Shown: positions 28,138 through 38,302 of the stretch, piece after piece
Layout: every line of letters starts with the position of its first letter
How positions within the stretch are numbered: the first letter of the stretch is position 1
DNA from: an uncultured bacterium
GTDB lineage: Bacteria > Chloroflexota > UBA5177 > JANWHV01
Reading direction: 5' to 3'
Assembly: GCA_963729625.1 (NCBI GenBank)
Contig: CAVSOU010000007.1
Location: forward strand, 96,001 to 160,000
Length of the DNA stretch: 64,000 nucleotides
Program-made: the position numbers and the translations under genes
Notes under the pieces: generated by a model
What the model saw: the letters and a program-made list of their open reading frames with translations, nothing else
Database searches by the model: none
What the model was told of the DNA's origin: nothing

Positions 28138-28930
28138 TCGCCGCTGCCTCCAAGTCCCTGTCTTCTCCCATTTGCCTGTGTCCGATGGGCCAAGCTGAGG
28201 CGGCACGATGCCTGCGCCCCCGATTCGAAACGAGTGACTTGACCTCCTGAACGTCGAGATTTCTCCAGTGCCCGAGCGCCAACCAGCCCAATAGCACGGG
28301 TCCGATCCTGCGCCGTACCAGGTGCTTCACGCGCATTCCGGCCGACGCGCAGAGCATCCGCACTTCACGCTTTCGCCCTTCGAGCATCACGATTGTCATG
28401 GTGGCGGTCAAACCCGTCTGGTCGGTCAGTAGCACTGTGAGCGGTCGAGCCGGCTTGCCCTCCAGCATGATACCGTCGCGCAGCGCCGCCAGATCCTCGG
28501 GCCAGACAGGACCGGCCACTTGAACTTCGTATTCCCGCTCGACCTCATATCGCGGGTGCGCAACCTGCTCCGCCCACGAGCCATCGGTCGTCAGCAACAG
28601 GATGCCTTCAGTCTCGCGATCGAGCCGCCCTACGGTGAAGAGTCCGGGAATCTCCGGAACCAGCTCATAGACAGTCGGGCGACCCTCTGGGTCGTGACGT
28701 GTCGTCACGTACCCCGCGGGCTTGTGCAACATGATGTACGTATGCGTTGCTGCCCTGACGATCGGCCGGCCATCGACGGCGACAACCGCCGAATCCGGAT
28801 CCGCTCGTGTGCCGAGCTCGGTTACTACCACGCCGTCGACGCTCACGCGACCCGAGAGAATCAGCCACTCCGACGCTCGACGCGAGGCAACACCACCTCG
28901 TGCAAGTATCTTCTGCAGTCGCTCTTCCAC
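27995..28930 (-). CDS. rluB: rRNA pseudouridine synthase (RluB/RsuA family)
   Basis: S4 domain ERLQKILARGGVASRR; HKPAGYVTT; VGRLDRETEGILLLT; EGRKREVR; C-terminal tail overlaps cmk. Confidence 0.9.
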   Translation of the reverse strand: MEERLQKILARGGVASRRASEWLILSGRVSVDGVVVTELGTRADPDSAVVAVDGRPIVRAATHTYIMLHKPAGYVTTRHDPEGRPTVYELVPEIPGLFTVGRLDRETEGILLLTTDGSWAEQVAHPRYEVEREYEVQVAGPVWPEDLAALRDGIMLEGKPARPLTVLLTDQTGLTATMTIVMLEGRKREVRMLCASAGMRVKHLVRRRIGPVLLGWLALGHWRNLDVQEVKSLVSNRGRRHRAASAWPIGHRQMGEDRDLEAAASDTERMHRYRRARGVGQIDDREAPGGDIGIPVSGHRGDVPRRDQSRS

Positions 28931-28978
28931 GTATTCCGGTCCACCTTTTCCGCGAACCACGCATGCCGCGCGGATTGC

Positions 28979-30472
28979 CTACGCCGTGGCGAGATCCAGG
29001 GCAAATTGTACCAGCGTTCGCACGGGATGGCCCGTTGCAAGGCCCTTGGCGTAGTAGTCGCTCTCGGTGTCCGCGAATGCCGTGGGAGCAATATCAAGAT
29101 GCGCCCAAGGGCGGTCACCGGCAAACTCCGCGAGGAACATGGCCGCGGTGATCGCTCCGCCTTCGCGACCGCCGACGTTGCGCATATCAGCACAACTGGT
29201 ATCGAGCAACGTGCGGAAGTCGGGATCCATCGGCAGTGGCCACAGGCGTTCACCTGTGAGCTTCGACGCCGCGAGCAGGCCGTCACGAGTCCGATCGTCG
29301 CTGGAGAAGAGACCGGAGTAATAGGGGCCCAGTGCGATACCGCACGCGCCCGTCAGAGTGGCAGCATCGACAATCGGCGACAGTCCAAGCTCGACCGCGT
29401 AGCTCAGCGCGTCGGCAAGCACGATGCGTCCCTCAGCGTCGGTATTCTGGATTTCGATTGTCTTGCCGTTCATCGCGCGCAGGATATCACCCGGGCGATA
29501 GGCTGCGCCGTCCGGCATGTTCTCGGCGGTCGCAACCAAAACGGTCACGTTGAGCACGGGCTCGATGTCGGCAATCGCGTGCATCGCACCCAGCATCGCT
29601 CCCGCGCCTGCCATGTCTGTTTTCATAATGTGCATGTCCGCCCCGGGCTTCAGGGAGATGCCTCCGGTATCGAATGTGATACCCTTCCCCACCAGCCCAA
29701 GAGTGGGATGCTTTCCCTCGGGATCGCCCCTGTAATGCAACGCGATAAGCCGCGGTGGGGTTGCACTGCCCGAGCCCACGGCGAGGAGCGCGTTCATGCC
29801 GCGGCGCCGCAGTTCTTCGGGTTCAAATACCTCAATCTGCAGACCCTTATCAGCCGCAAGGATCCCTGCCCTGTGCGCAAGTACTGCAGGATTGAGTACG
29901 TTGGGCGGTTCATTGACGAGGTCTCGTGCGTAGTTGGTACCGGCCATCATCGCCTCCGCAACACGGATCACCGGTCCAAGGTCGGTCTCGGCGGGGCCGA
30001 ACAGCGTGACCTGCTCGAGGCGAAGGAGCGGCCGTTCTGAGCTGAAGTATGAATCAAAGCTATATGCCGCAAGCAGCAGGCCCTCCGTCGCAGCCCGGGC
30101 TGCTTCCTCGGCCGTCACCGTGCCGTTTGCCGCGATTTCTATTCCGACGGATGAATGGCCCGCATGTCGCAGCAGCTTCGTCGCCTTGCCCATTGCTCGG
30201 CGGACGGTCTCCGCACTGCATCGCGCCCGCTTGCCAAGTCCTGCAATGACGACGCGCTCCGTGGGCAGTGTGCCAAGGGTCAGTATCGAAGTGACCTCAC
30301 CCGCCGAGCCCTTAAGCTCTTTTCGCCCGACCATTGCCGAGATCGCGCCGCGAAGCGCCGCGTCAAGTTGAGCCACTGGCGCGGACAGCGGCTCATCTTC
30401 GAAGTGAAACACTACTATTGCGTCGAGCGCGGCATGCACGATGGCGCCGCCTTGCTGAGTGTCAATGCGCAC
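28979..30472 (-). CDS. pepA: Leucyl aminopeptidase (M17)
   Basis: GKGITFDTGGISLK, MKTDMAGA, ENMP, NTDAEGRIVLADAL, ATLTGA, WAHLDIA. Confidence 0.96.
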   Translation of the reverse strand: MRIDTQQGGAIVHAALDAIVVFHFEDEPLSAPVAQLDAALRGAISAMVGRKELKGSAGEVTSILTLGTLPTERVVIAGLGKRARCSAETVRRAMGKATKLLRHAGHSSVGIEIAANGTVTAEEAARAATEGLLLAAYSFDSYFSSERPLLRLEQVTLFGPAETDLGPVIRVAEAMMAGTNYARDLVNEPPNVLNPAVLAHRAGILAADKGLQIEVFEPEELRRRGMNALLAVGSGSATPPRLIALHYRGDPEGKHPTLGLVGKGITFDTGGISLKPGADMHIMKTDMAGAGAMLGAMHAIADIEPVLNVTVLVATAENMPDGAAYRPGDILRAMNGKTIEIQNTDAEGRIVLADALSYAVELGLSPIVDAATLTGACGIALGPYYSGLFSSDDRTRDGLLAASKLTGERLWPLPMDPDFRTLLDTSCADMRNVGGREGGAITAAMFLAEFAGDRPWAHLDIAPTAFADTESDYYAKGLATGHPVRTLVQFALDLATA

Positions 30473-30761
30473 GGATTACGCCTCCCATCCTGAATCTTCG
30501 TGGATCGGCAGTCAAATGCACCTGGAATCGGCCCGGAAGGCCCCGCCACGAGACGCTCCCGCGACCATCCCCGTGCGATCACCGGACTCACTCGCCGGCC
30601 GGTACATGAGGATCCTGCCACGTTCACGGAATCCGGTGCGGGCAAGCCTCGGTACACGTACCTGCCAGGGTAACACATCGCCCAACCCGGTGTCGGGCTG
30701 GCGGGCGGCCGGCGAACGTGCATCACACGGCCGGCGGGGATTGAGGACAGTGTGTCCTCCC

Positions 30762-31409
30762 CTACCGACTGCGCTCGTGTCGAACCAGCAGGCACCCGGT
30801 GTCCACGCCGATTGTAGCGTGCGTGTCGACGAGTTCGTTGCTGATGCCGCGTGTACTGCCTTGCATCAAGGTGTCCCCAGCTAGAGAGTACTTGAGCCCT
30901 GCCGTGACCACACCCGTCACGCAAGATGTCAGCGGCATGAGCGACACGTAGTCTCCCGCCATGCCGTCGATGGTACGTCGACTCCATACCGCAAGAGCCT
31001 CGCCTGACCGGTCCAGCATGCGCACGTCAATCGCCTTCAGAGACGGGAGGGCTAGCAGCATCACGTTCCCAAGCGTGTGATCGAGCCTGGCGCCACCCAG
31101 AGCCCCCAGGACCGTTATCCGCTGAGCGTCGAGCGTCAAGGCGAAGTCAAGAGCAAGCTCAAGGTCCGTCTTGTCCTTGTCGGGCGGATACTCGAGTATT
31201 CGCACGCGGCTGGCGTCAAGCCGCGCCCCGGCTGCAAGGGAAATCGAATCCATGTCCCCGATCACGGCCACGGGAACGATATGCGCGGAAAGCACGACAT
31301 CCGCCCCACCGTCCGCGCAAACAACCAGGTCCGCCGCTCTTGCGGCCCTTGTGAGGTCGCTGAGGTCAACGGGCGCGCTTCCGACAATCAGTATGTGTGG
31401 CACCATCAC
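30762..31409 (-). CDS. thiN: Thiamine diphosphokinase
   Basis: CADGGA, IGDMDS, KDKTDLELAL, GGARLDHTLGN, GLKYSL, GISNE. Confidence 0.93.
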   Translation of the reverse strand: MMVPHILIVGSAPVDLSDLTRAARAADLVVCADGGADVVLSAHIVPVAVIGDMDSISLAAGARLDASRVRILEYPPDKDKTDLELALDFALTLDAQRITVLGALGGARLDHTLGNVMLLALPSLKAIDVRMLDRSGEALAVWSRRTIDGMAGDYVSLMPLTSCVTGVVTAGLKYSLAGDTLMQGSTRGISNELVDTHATIGVDTGCLLVRHERSR

Positions 31410-32509
31410 GGCTGTCCGGCGCCATCCGCATCTTCGCGGGGCGCCGTCGCATCTTCCGGCGCCGGCGGCGACTCGGCGCTCTCCGACGCCAACTGCGCGG
31501 GCCGCACTCGCCCCGGCAAGCGCAATCTGCTTCCGATGGCGGCAGCGGCAATTGCCGCGCTTTGACCGGCGCCGACGACAAGCATCTTGCCGGCTCTGCG
31601 AGTGTGCGAGAGCACCGACGGGCTGGCATGACTCCCGCGAAAGGCTCTTCCGGCCAAAGCGCCCGCAAGTAATGTGCTGGATGCACTCAGGGCGGGCCGC
31701 GCTACATACGCTGCCAACTGACCGTAGAGTTTCCCGTATTTGCGACCGTCTCCTCCAGTCGCCAATCGTGATATTCCCGCCTCTGCACCGTCCAGGAGCA
31801 GCGTTGGTACGAGGGTAGACGCCGCGCGCTTGAAAATGGCGGTCTTATCGTCCAGGGATGATCCGGATATCGCCGCGACCGCTACGATCAGCGCCGCCTG
31901 GTGCATGAGAAGCTGAGCAGTGGCCGCGGTCGGGGCCCCCGTCCTGCCTGCTCCCGCGCCCGCGACCGATCCGAGCAGCACGCGAGGATCCTTGGACGCA
32001 GCTTGGGTCAAACGCCAACCAACGTGACGTCGCGTAGCGGGAAGGCCGCGCCCGAGCGCAAGCCGTCGTTCCCAGAGGGCGGTCGTGATCCGCGGCACGA
32101 GCAGCCGTCGAAGCAACGCCCGCTCGAGAGAGGGCATGACAATCGCACCTGGTACTTCGCCATCGCGAATACCGCCCGCGCTGACGATCGCGACGAGCGG
32201 AACTCCCGAGAACGCAGTTCTCGCCGCAGCAAGGAGCTCTTCGGTCGCGTGGATCGCGAGTATCAGCTCGGGCTTGGCCGCATCCGCCGGACCCGGTTGA
32301 CCGGGCACATGCCGCCAAATGTGGAGCCTGGAGTCGGCTGGCACGTCGCCGCCGCCGCGCAGAAAGTCTACGATGCGCTCGGCGGATTCCGAATCGCCCA
32401 CGACCACAATGCTCAGCTGCCGGCGCGCATCCTCCACCATCTTCTTGAAATCAAGGGTCGGAAGCGCGTCAAGGAACGCTTTGGCAACTGCCCCGGGTGC
32501 GTCACTCAC
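31406..32509 (-). CDS. Hypothetical protein, distantly DUF697-like
   Basis: 367 aa ORF overlapping thiN start by 4 bp; LALGRGLPATRR...HQAALIVAVAAISG echoes DUF697-type proteins (weak, from memory). Confidence 0.6.
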   Translation of the reverse strand: MSDAPGAVAKAFLDALPTLDFKKMVEDARRQLSIVVVGDSESAERIVDFLRGGGDVPADSRLHIWRHVPGQPGPADAAKPELILAIHATEELLAAARTAFSGVPLVAIVSAGGIRDGEVPGAIVMPSLERALLRRLLVPRITTALWERRLALGRGLPATRRHVGWRLTQAASKDPRVLLGSVAGAGAGRTGAPTAATAQLLMHQAALIVAVAAISGSSLDDKTAIFKRAASTLVPTLLLDGAEAGISRLATGGDGRKYGKLYGQLAAYVARPALSASSTLLAGALAGRAFRGSHASPSVLSHTRRAGKMLVVGAGQSAAIAAAAIGSRLRLPGRVRPAQLASESAESPPAPEDATAPREDADGAGQP

Positions 32510-32512
32510 GGC

Positions 32513-32623
32513 TCACCATCCGGCGACTGCGTGCGCCGCGACCACACTGCCAAACGGCGTGCACGGCGTGGAAAACAACCATGCGTGTATCGCGATAGGT
32601 AACGCCACGGAGAAGTTGTTCAT
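32513..32623 (-). CDS. Possible leaderless 36-aa ORF
   Basis: TGcTACGAT extended -10 (32638-32630), 6 nt, then ATG; stop 3 bp before the next GTG. Confidence 0.25.
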   Translation of the reverse strand: MNNFSVALPIAIHAWLFSTPCTPFGSVVAAHAVAGW

Positions 32624-32697
32624 GATTGGATCGTAGCACGCCCGCCGGTTCCCGACCGCAAGCAGGCGACCAGACCACAAAATCGGAGTTGCGCTCG

Positions 32698-32820
32698 CTA
32701 GCGGGTTCGGCGCCGCCGAGCCTCCACAACACGCACCTTTACGGGCACCGGAGCAGGCCGCTGTCGGATCCGGGAAACGACGATGACTCCCACGAGGCCC
32801 ACGACAATGGTCGTAATCAT
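32698..32820 (-). CDS. Small single-pass membrane peptide (40 aa)
   Basis: GGAG RBS 8 nt before ATG; MITTIVVGLVGVIVVSRIRQRPAPVPVKVRVVEARRRRTR. Confidence 0.6.
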   Translation of the reverse strand: MITTIVVGLVGVIVVSRIRQRPAPVPVKVRVVEARRRRTR

Positions 32821-33040
32821 GCTTGTGTCTCCATACCACACGAACAGGTCATCGCCGACCCGCCACTTCAGTGTACAGTTCCACTTGCGCAGCGGAATCA
32901 CCCAAATGGCACAATATCTCCCTGCCAAATGGCCCGACTTCGCGTGACTCGCAGAGAACCAGAACGATCACCTTCGGCCCCCACTGCGTGATGGTCGATC
33001 ACGGGACTGCACGCCTCTTGACGGTGGTCTTGCCATGCAG

Positions 33041-34492
33041 CTACAAGAGCAGCTTCGCTCCCTGAGCAAGCGTGAGCACCCCGGATGGCCACACACCTAG
33101 CACGATTGTACCGACAAAACCCACGCAGACTACTGTCCAAATTGATGCCGGAACCACAAGCTGACGGCTGTGAAACGCCACATCACGGAAATACATGGCG
33201 AAAATGACTCGCAAATAATAGTATACGGACACGAGGCTCCCGAGTACCCCGATTACAGCCAGCTCGCCGTGCCCATCTTGGAGCGCGGTTTGAAACACGT
33301 AGAATTTCGCCCAGAAGCCTCCGGTGAGCGGAAAACTGGCCAGGGAAAGCATGAAAAGCGCCATCGAGCCGCCGAGCCAGGGATGGCTGAAACCCAGGCC
33401 GGCGAAATCGTCTAGAGTTGTGCGATCCTCGTCTGTACGCGCGAGCGCCGCCACGACCGCGAAAGCGCCGATGTTCATGAAGGCATAAATCGCAAAGTAG
33501 AAGAGCAAGCTCGGAACGCCATCACCTGTCTTCCCATCGCCGTGCGCGGTATACAGGGCGATCATCATGTAGCCGGCCTGCGCGATACTCGAATATGCCA
33601 GCATTCGCTTCACGTTCGTCTGCACCACAGCGGCGATGTTCCCAACCGACATCGTGAATACGGCGAGCATCCAGATCAGCGCCAGCCAATGCGGATGCAC
33701 TGATGGAAGCGCCATGACGAACAGCCGCACAAAGGCAGCGAAAGCGGCCAGCTTGGTACCAACCGACATCAGGGCCGTGATCGGCGTGGGAGCGCCTTCG
33801 TAGACATCGGGGGTCCAGGAGTGGAACGGCACGGCCGACATCTTGAACGTCAGGCCGACCACCAGCAACGCGGCGCCGGCAAGCAGGATCGGGTCGTTGC
33901 CGGGGTTGCCTTTCTTCAAAGCATCGGCGATACCTGTGAACAGGGTCGAATTGGTCGCCCCATACACCAGGGCCATCCCGTAAAGCAAGAACGCCGAGGC
34001 AAACGCGCTGAGCAAGAAGTACTTGAGCGCGGACTCCTGAGCCTTGGCGCGGGTTCGCTCAAATCCGGCCAGCACATACAGGCAGATCGAGAACGTCTCA
34101 AGGGCCAGAAAGAGCACGATCAGGCTGTTCGCCGCTGCCATCAGCATCATCCCGCTCGTAGTCCCGAGCACGAGCACGTAGTACTCGCCGAGGTTGACAT
34201 GCTGGAGACCCAGGTAGTCGACTGAAAGCACGATTGTGAGGAACGCGGCGACCAGGAAGATTCCGTCGCAGAACAAGGAGAATCCATCCAGAGCAACGCT
34301 GCCGGAAAAGCCGAGCTTGTTCGTGGAGTGCTGCACGATAACGTCGATCCCGGCGATGGTCACGCCGGCAAGACTCAGAGCAGGAAGCAGCCATCGGAGC
34401 CGCTTTGTGACATATAGGTCAGCTACGAGCACGATAATGGCGGAAAAGGCCACTATCAGCTCGGGGAGAACCACCGTAAAATCAACGGTCAC
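33041..34492 (-). CDS. nuoN: NADH-quinone oxidoreductase subunit N
   Basis: LALETFS, ESALKYFLL, FKMSAVPFHSWTPDVYEGAPTP, KRMLAYSSIA; last gene of nuo operon. Confidence 0.96.
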   Translation of the reverse strand: MTVDFTVVLPELIVAFSAIIVLVADLYVTKRLRWLLPALSLAGVTIAGIDVIVQHSTNKLGFSGSVALDGFSLFCDGIFLVAAFLTIVLSVDYLGLQHVNLGEYYVLVLGTTSGMMLMAAANSLIVLFLALETFSICLYVLAGFERTRAKAQESALKYFLLSAFASAFLLYGMALVYGATNSTLFTGIADALKKGNPGNDPILLAGAALLVVGLTFKMSAVPFHSWTPDVYEGAPTPITALMSVGTKLAAFAAFVRLFVMALPSVHPHWLALIWMLAVFTMSVGNIAAVVQTNVKRMLAYSSIAQAGYMMIALYTAHGDGKTGDGVPSLLFYFAIYAFMNIGAFAVVAALARTDEDRTTLDDFAGLGFSHPWLGGSMALFMLSLASFPLTGGFWAKFYVFQTALQDGHGELAVIGVLGSLVSVYYYLRVIFAMYFRDVAFHSRQLVVPASIWTVVCVGFVGTIVLGVWPSGVLTLAQGAKLLL

Positions 34493-35988
34493 GGATGACC
34501 TCCGACCACTGTCACTACGTACTGGACCGACTGCCACGCCGGATCGAGCCAGCCACTGGGGACCACTCCAATCCAAACGATCAGCGCAATGAGCGGTAAC
34601 AGAGCCACATACTGTCCAAGCGACATCTCGGACCACCATGCGGCGACAGTGCCCGACTGCGCCGCCGAAGGCCCTGCGAGCCCTGCCTCGCCGATCGGAC
34701 CATGCATCACACCCTGGAAAAGACGCAGCATGTATGCGGCCGCCAGAACGACGCCGATCGTGCCGACGACGGCATCGGCGGCGTTGGCCTGAAAGGTACC
34801 CGCCAGAATGAGAAACTCGCCAACGAAACCATTCAGGCCGGGCAATCCCAGGGATGACAACGTAACCACCATGAATGCGGCAGCGATGATCGGCGCCTTG
34901 GTCGCCAAGCCACCGAGCTTAGCGATATCCGTGGTGCCCCAGCGAGCGGCGATAATGCCGACTATCGCGAACAAGGCCCCGATGGTGATGCCGTGGTTGA
35001 GCGCCTGCAGCGTAGCGCCCTGAATTCCCAGCGTCGTAAGGCTGAAGATGCCCAGCGTGATAAAGCCCAGGTGAGCAATGCTGCTGCACGCCACCAGACG
35101 CCGAATGTCTGTCTGCGCCAGCGCAAGCAGCGCACCGTAGATGATGCCTATTACCGCCAGCACCATGATAGTCGGTGCAAAGTAGCGTGATGCCGTGGGA
35201 AACAGCGGCAGGCAGAAGCGCAGGAATCCATAGATTCCCATCTTGCTGAGCACGCCGGCGACGATCACGGCGGTCGGAGGCGCCGACTCCGCATAGACGT
35301 CAGGCACCCAGCTATGGAACGGAAACACCGCCGCCTTGATGCCAAACGCGAGTGCGAAGACGAGAAATACTGCCTTTTCCATATCGCCGGTCAGCGGGTG
35401 CGCCGACAGAGCCAGCAGATCGAAGCTATGAACCGAGCTCTCGACATAGAGCATGAGGATGCCGACAAGCATCAACAGGCTGCCGGCCATCGTATAGATC
35501 ACATACTTAAACGCAGCGTATACACGGCGATCGCCGCCCCATGCGCCAATCATGAAGTATGCCGGGATAAGCACCGCCTCCCAGTAGAGGTAGAACACAA
35601 CCAGGTCGAGCGCGAGGAAGACGCCGATCAGCGCGCCCTCCAGTAGCAGAACCAATCCAAGGTACGTGCTGAGGCGCTCGTGGATGGTGAAGGCGGCCAC
35701 GAGAATGGTCACCGGAGTGAGAATCGATGTCAGCAGGACGAACAGCAGGCTTGTTCCGTCATAGCCAAAGTGGAGATTGATATTGAACTGCGAGATCCAC
35801 GACCCGTCCACTTCGTTGGCTCGCGACGTTATGGCGTCGCTGTGATAGCGAACGAACGCCGCGATGGCCACGCCGAGGGAAATCGCGGAGAAGCTCAGAG
35901 CGCCGCCGAGCGCGATTCGCGGAGTCACGCCCAGCAACAGGACTGCGAGCGCTCCCAGAATTGGTAGGAACAGTAAGAACTGAATCAC
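34489..35988 (-). CDS. nuoM: NADH-quinone oxidoreductase subunit M
   Basis: FYLYWE, KYVIYT, IKAAVFPFHSW, SKMGIYG, LGLPGLNGFVGEF. Confidence 0.96.
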   Translation of the reverse strand: MIQFLLFLPILGALAVLLLGVTPRIALGGALSFSAISLGVAIAAFVRYHSDAITSRANEVDGSWISQFNINLHFGYDGTSLLFVLLTSILTPVTILVAAFTIHERLSTYLGLVLLLEGALIGVFLALDLVVFYLYWEAVLIPAYFMIGAWGGDRRVYAAFKYVIYTMAGSLLMLVGILMLYVESSVHSFDLLALSAHPLTGDMEKAVFLVFALAFGIKAAVFPFHSWVPDVYAESAPPTAVIVAGVLSKMGIYGFLRFCLPLFPTASRYFAPTIMVLAVIGIIYGALLALAQTDIRRLVACSSIAHLGFITLGIFSLTTLGIQGATLQALNHGITIGALFAIVGIIAARWGTTDIAKLGGLATKAPIIAAAFMVVTLSSLGLPGLNGFVGEFLILAGTFQANAADAVVGTIGVVLAAAYMLRLFQGVMHGPIGEAGLAGPSAAQSGTVAAWWSEMSLGQYVALLPLIALIVWIGVVPSGWLDPAWQSVQYVVTVVGGHP

Positions 35989-35998
35989 AGCGACTCCT

Positions 35999-37918
35999 CT
36001 ACCGCTGCCCAACGGCGAGCAACACTACGAGCACGACCCCGACGACGATCGAGAGTGCGTACGCCCGAACGTAGCCGGACTCCGCCGGTCGAAGGTCATC
36101 GCTCACGTTGCGGACGCCACGCCCTACGCCATTGACCAGGCCGTCGATCACGCCGCGATCCAGCCACTGCCACGATGCGCTCGCCAACCAGTAACATGGA
36201 CGCTCGAAAACCAGCTCGTAGAGTCGATCGAAATACCACTTTTCAGTGAGGAACGTGTACAGTGGCGCCACGGAGCGCGCGGGGCTGGGGAGCGGGCCTC
36301 GCGCGTACAGCGCACGGGCAAGAAGGTACCCGATTGCAATAAGGCACAGCAGAATCACGAAAGCTCCCCACTGGAAGTTGACCTCCGCGTTCCGCGGATC
36401 GGGGAGGAAGTAGCGGCCCTTGAACGTGCCAAACACGGGATCTAGCCACTCGTGGAATGAGCCGTTGAACGGCATCTGAATGAACCCGCCGGCAAACGAA
36501 AGCGCTCCAAGCACGATCATCGGCGTCATCATGGTCGCGGGCGCCTCATGTACGTGGTCCAGCAGACGCTTCTCGACGCGTGAGCTTCCATGGAACGCGA
36601 GGTACCACAAGCGGAACATGTAAAACACCGTGAGCCCGGCAGTCACCACGCCCATTGCCCAGGGAATCACATGCCAGTCTCCCCACGCCCAGGCATGAGC
36701 GAGAATCTCGTCCTTGCTCCAGAATCCCGAAAATGGCGGAATCCCGGCAATCGCCAATACCCCGATCGTGAACAGGACATACGTGCCGGGCATCCGGCTT
36801 CTCAGGTCGCCCATCTTGCGCAGGTCCTGCTCGCCGCCGAGCGCATGAATGATGCTTCCGGCTCCCATGAAGAGCAGGGCCTTGAAAAACGCGTGTGTCA
36901 TCAAGTGGAACATGCCCGAGGCATAGGCGCCTGCGCCGACAGCCAGGAACATGTAGCCAATCTGGCTCATCGTCGAATAGGCAAGAACACGCTTGATGTC
37001 GTTCTGCACGAGCGCGATCGTCGCCGCGACAAGGGCGGTGGAAGCGCCGATGCCCGTCACGATGCCGGCAGCGACCGGCGAAAGGTCGTACAGTGCGTGG
37101 CAGCGCGCGATAAGGTAGACGCCCGCCGTCACCATTGTTGCCGCGTGGATGAGCGCGCTCACCGGCGTCGGTCCTTCCATGGCGTCGGGCAGCCAGGTGT
37201 GAAGCGGTAACTGCGCCGACTTGGCGATCGCGCCCACCAGCAGCAGCAGGCAGAGAGCCGTGACCACGTGGTCACCGCTGCCATGGGTCGCTGCTTTGGC
37301 GAAGACCCCGGCGTATGAGATGGTGCCGTACTCGCGAATCATCAGGAAGATCGCCAGCATGATGCCCACGTCGCCGATGACATTCATCACCAACGCCTTG
37401 CGAGCGGCAAGAACAGCAGTCATTCTCGTATACCAGAAACCGATCAGAAGGTAGGACGAGAGTCCCACGAGGCCCCAGCCGATGAGGAGCAGAACGAAAT
37501 TATTGGCGACCACGAGCAAGACCATGGAGAAGATGAAGAGGTTCATATAGGCAAAGAATCGCGAGAGGTCCGGATCTTCGCGCATGTAGCCGACAGAGTA
37601 GACGTGAATCAAGAATCCGACGCCGGTGACGATCAGCAGCATGACGGCTGTCAGCGGGTCGACGAGCATGCCGAAATCAATGGTCAGGTGGCCCGACGTC
37701 ACCCACGTGTAATAGGACACGTTGCCTTTGGCGAGCATCTCCTGCGGTGTATAGCTCAATAGCTGCAAGTACGCGTAGAGCGACACGAGAAAAGCCGCAC
37801 CCACCGATCCGCAGCCAACCCAGGCTACGCCAACTCTGGTGAAGCGCCGTCCGGCCGCGCCGTTGATCACAAAACCGGCCAGGGGCAGCGCAAGCAACGA
37901 CCACGCGTAGCTGTGCAT
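35999..37918 (-). CDS. nuoL: NADH-quinone oxidoreductase subunit L
   Basis: IHVYSVGYM, KSAQLPLHTWLPDAMEGPTPVSALIHAATMV, HLMTHAFFKALLF. Confidence 0.97.
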   Translation of the reverse strand: MHSYAWSLLALPLAGFVINGAAGRRFTRVGVAWVGCGSVGAAFLVSLYAYLQLLSYTPQEMLAKGNVSYYTWVTSGHLTIDFGMLVDPLTAVMLLIVTGVGFLIHVYSVGYMREDPDLSRFFAYMNLFIFSMVLLVVANNFVLLLIGWGLVGLSSYLLIGFWYTRMTAVLAARKALVMNVIGDVGIMLAIFLMIREYGTISYAGVFAKAATHGSGDHVVTALCLLLLVGAIAKSAQLPLHTWLPDAMEGPTPVSALIHAATMVTAGVYLIARCHALYDLSPVAAGIVTGIGASTALVAATIALVQNDIKRVLAYSTMSQIGYMFLAVGAGAYASGMFHLMTHAFFKALLFMGAGSIIHALGGEQDLRKMGDLRSRMPGTYVLFTIGVLAIAGIPPFSGFWSKDEILAHAWAWGDWHVIPWAMGVVTAGLTVFYMFRLWYLAFHGSSRVEKRLLDHVHEAPATMMTPMIVLGALSFAGGFIQMPFNGSFHEWLDPVFGTFKGRYFLPDPRNAEVNFQWGAFVILLCLIAIGYLLARALYARGPLPSPARSVAPLYTFLTEKWYFDRLYELVFERPCYWLASASWQWLDRGVIDGLVNGVGRGVRNVSDDLRPAESGYVRAYALSIVVGVVLVVLLAVGQR

Positions 37919-37919
37919 A

Positions 37920-38237
37920 CTATCCCTTCATCGAATTGACAGAATCGACGTTAATGTCCTCACGCGTGCGGAAAATCGACACGATGATCGCCAGGCCGAT
38001 CACGACCTCCGCCGCTGCGACCGTCATGACAAAGAAGACAAAGATCTGACCGTCCATCGAGTGCAGGTGCCGGGACAACGCGACGAAAGTCAGGTTGACG
38101 GCATTGAGCATCATCTCGATGGACATGAAGATGATCAGCGGATCGCGCCGGATAAGCACTCCCAGCGCGCCGAGTGAGAACAATATGGCACCTACTACCA
38201 GATAGGCCGAAGTCGACACCAAGCTACCGACCCCCAA
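37920..38237 (-). CDS. nuoK: NADH-quinone oxidoreductase subunit K
   Basis: [27 protein letters not shown]. Confidence 0.96.
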   Translation of the reverse strand: MGVGSLVSTSAYLVVGAILFSLGALGVLIRRDPLIIFMSIEMMLNAVNLTFVALSRHLHSMDGQIFVFFVMTVAAAEVVIGLAIIVSIFRTREDINVDSVNSMKG

Positions 38238-38302
38238 TCATGCCCGATCTTCCCGTTCAGATATGCGACGACACACCCTGCCGATGCCAGATGTGACCGC
38301 TA

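Noticed and set aside
28520-30040. Long antisense or alternative-frame ORFs (e.g. 517..1524, 8118..9179, 28520..30040, 60092..61330)
   Set aside because: Shadow ORFs of well-supported genes, expected in high-GC DNA; no recognisable motifs.
30473-30761. TPP riboswitch or SRP RNA between thiN and pepA
   Set aside because: No CTGAGA..ACCTGA TPP core; the CCCGGAAGG match lacks the flanking SRP consensus.
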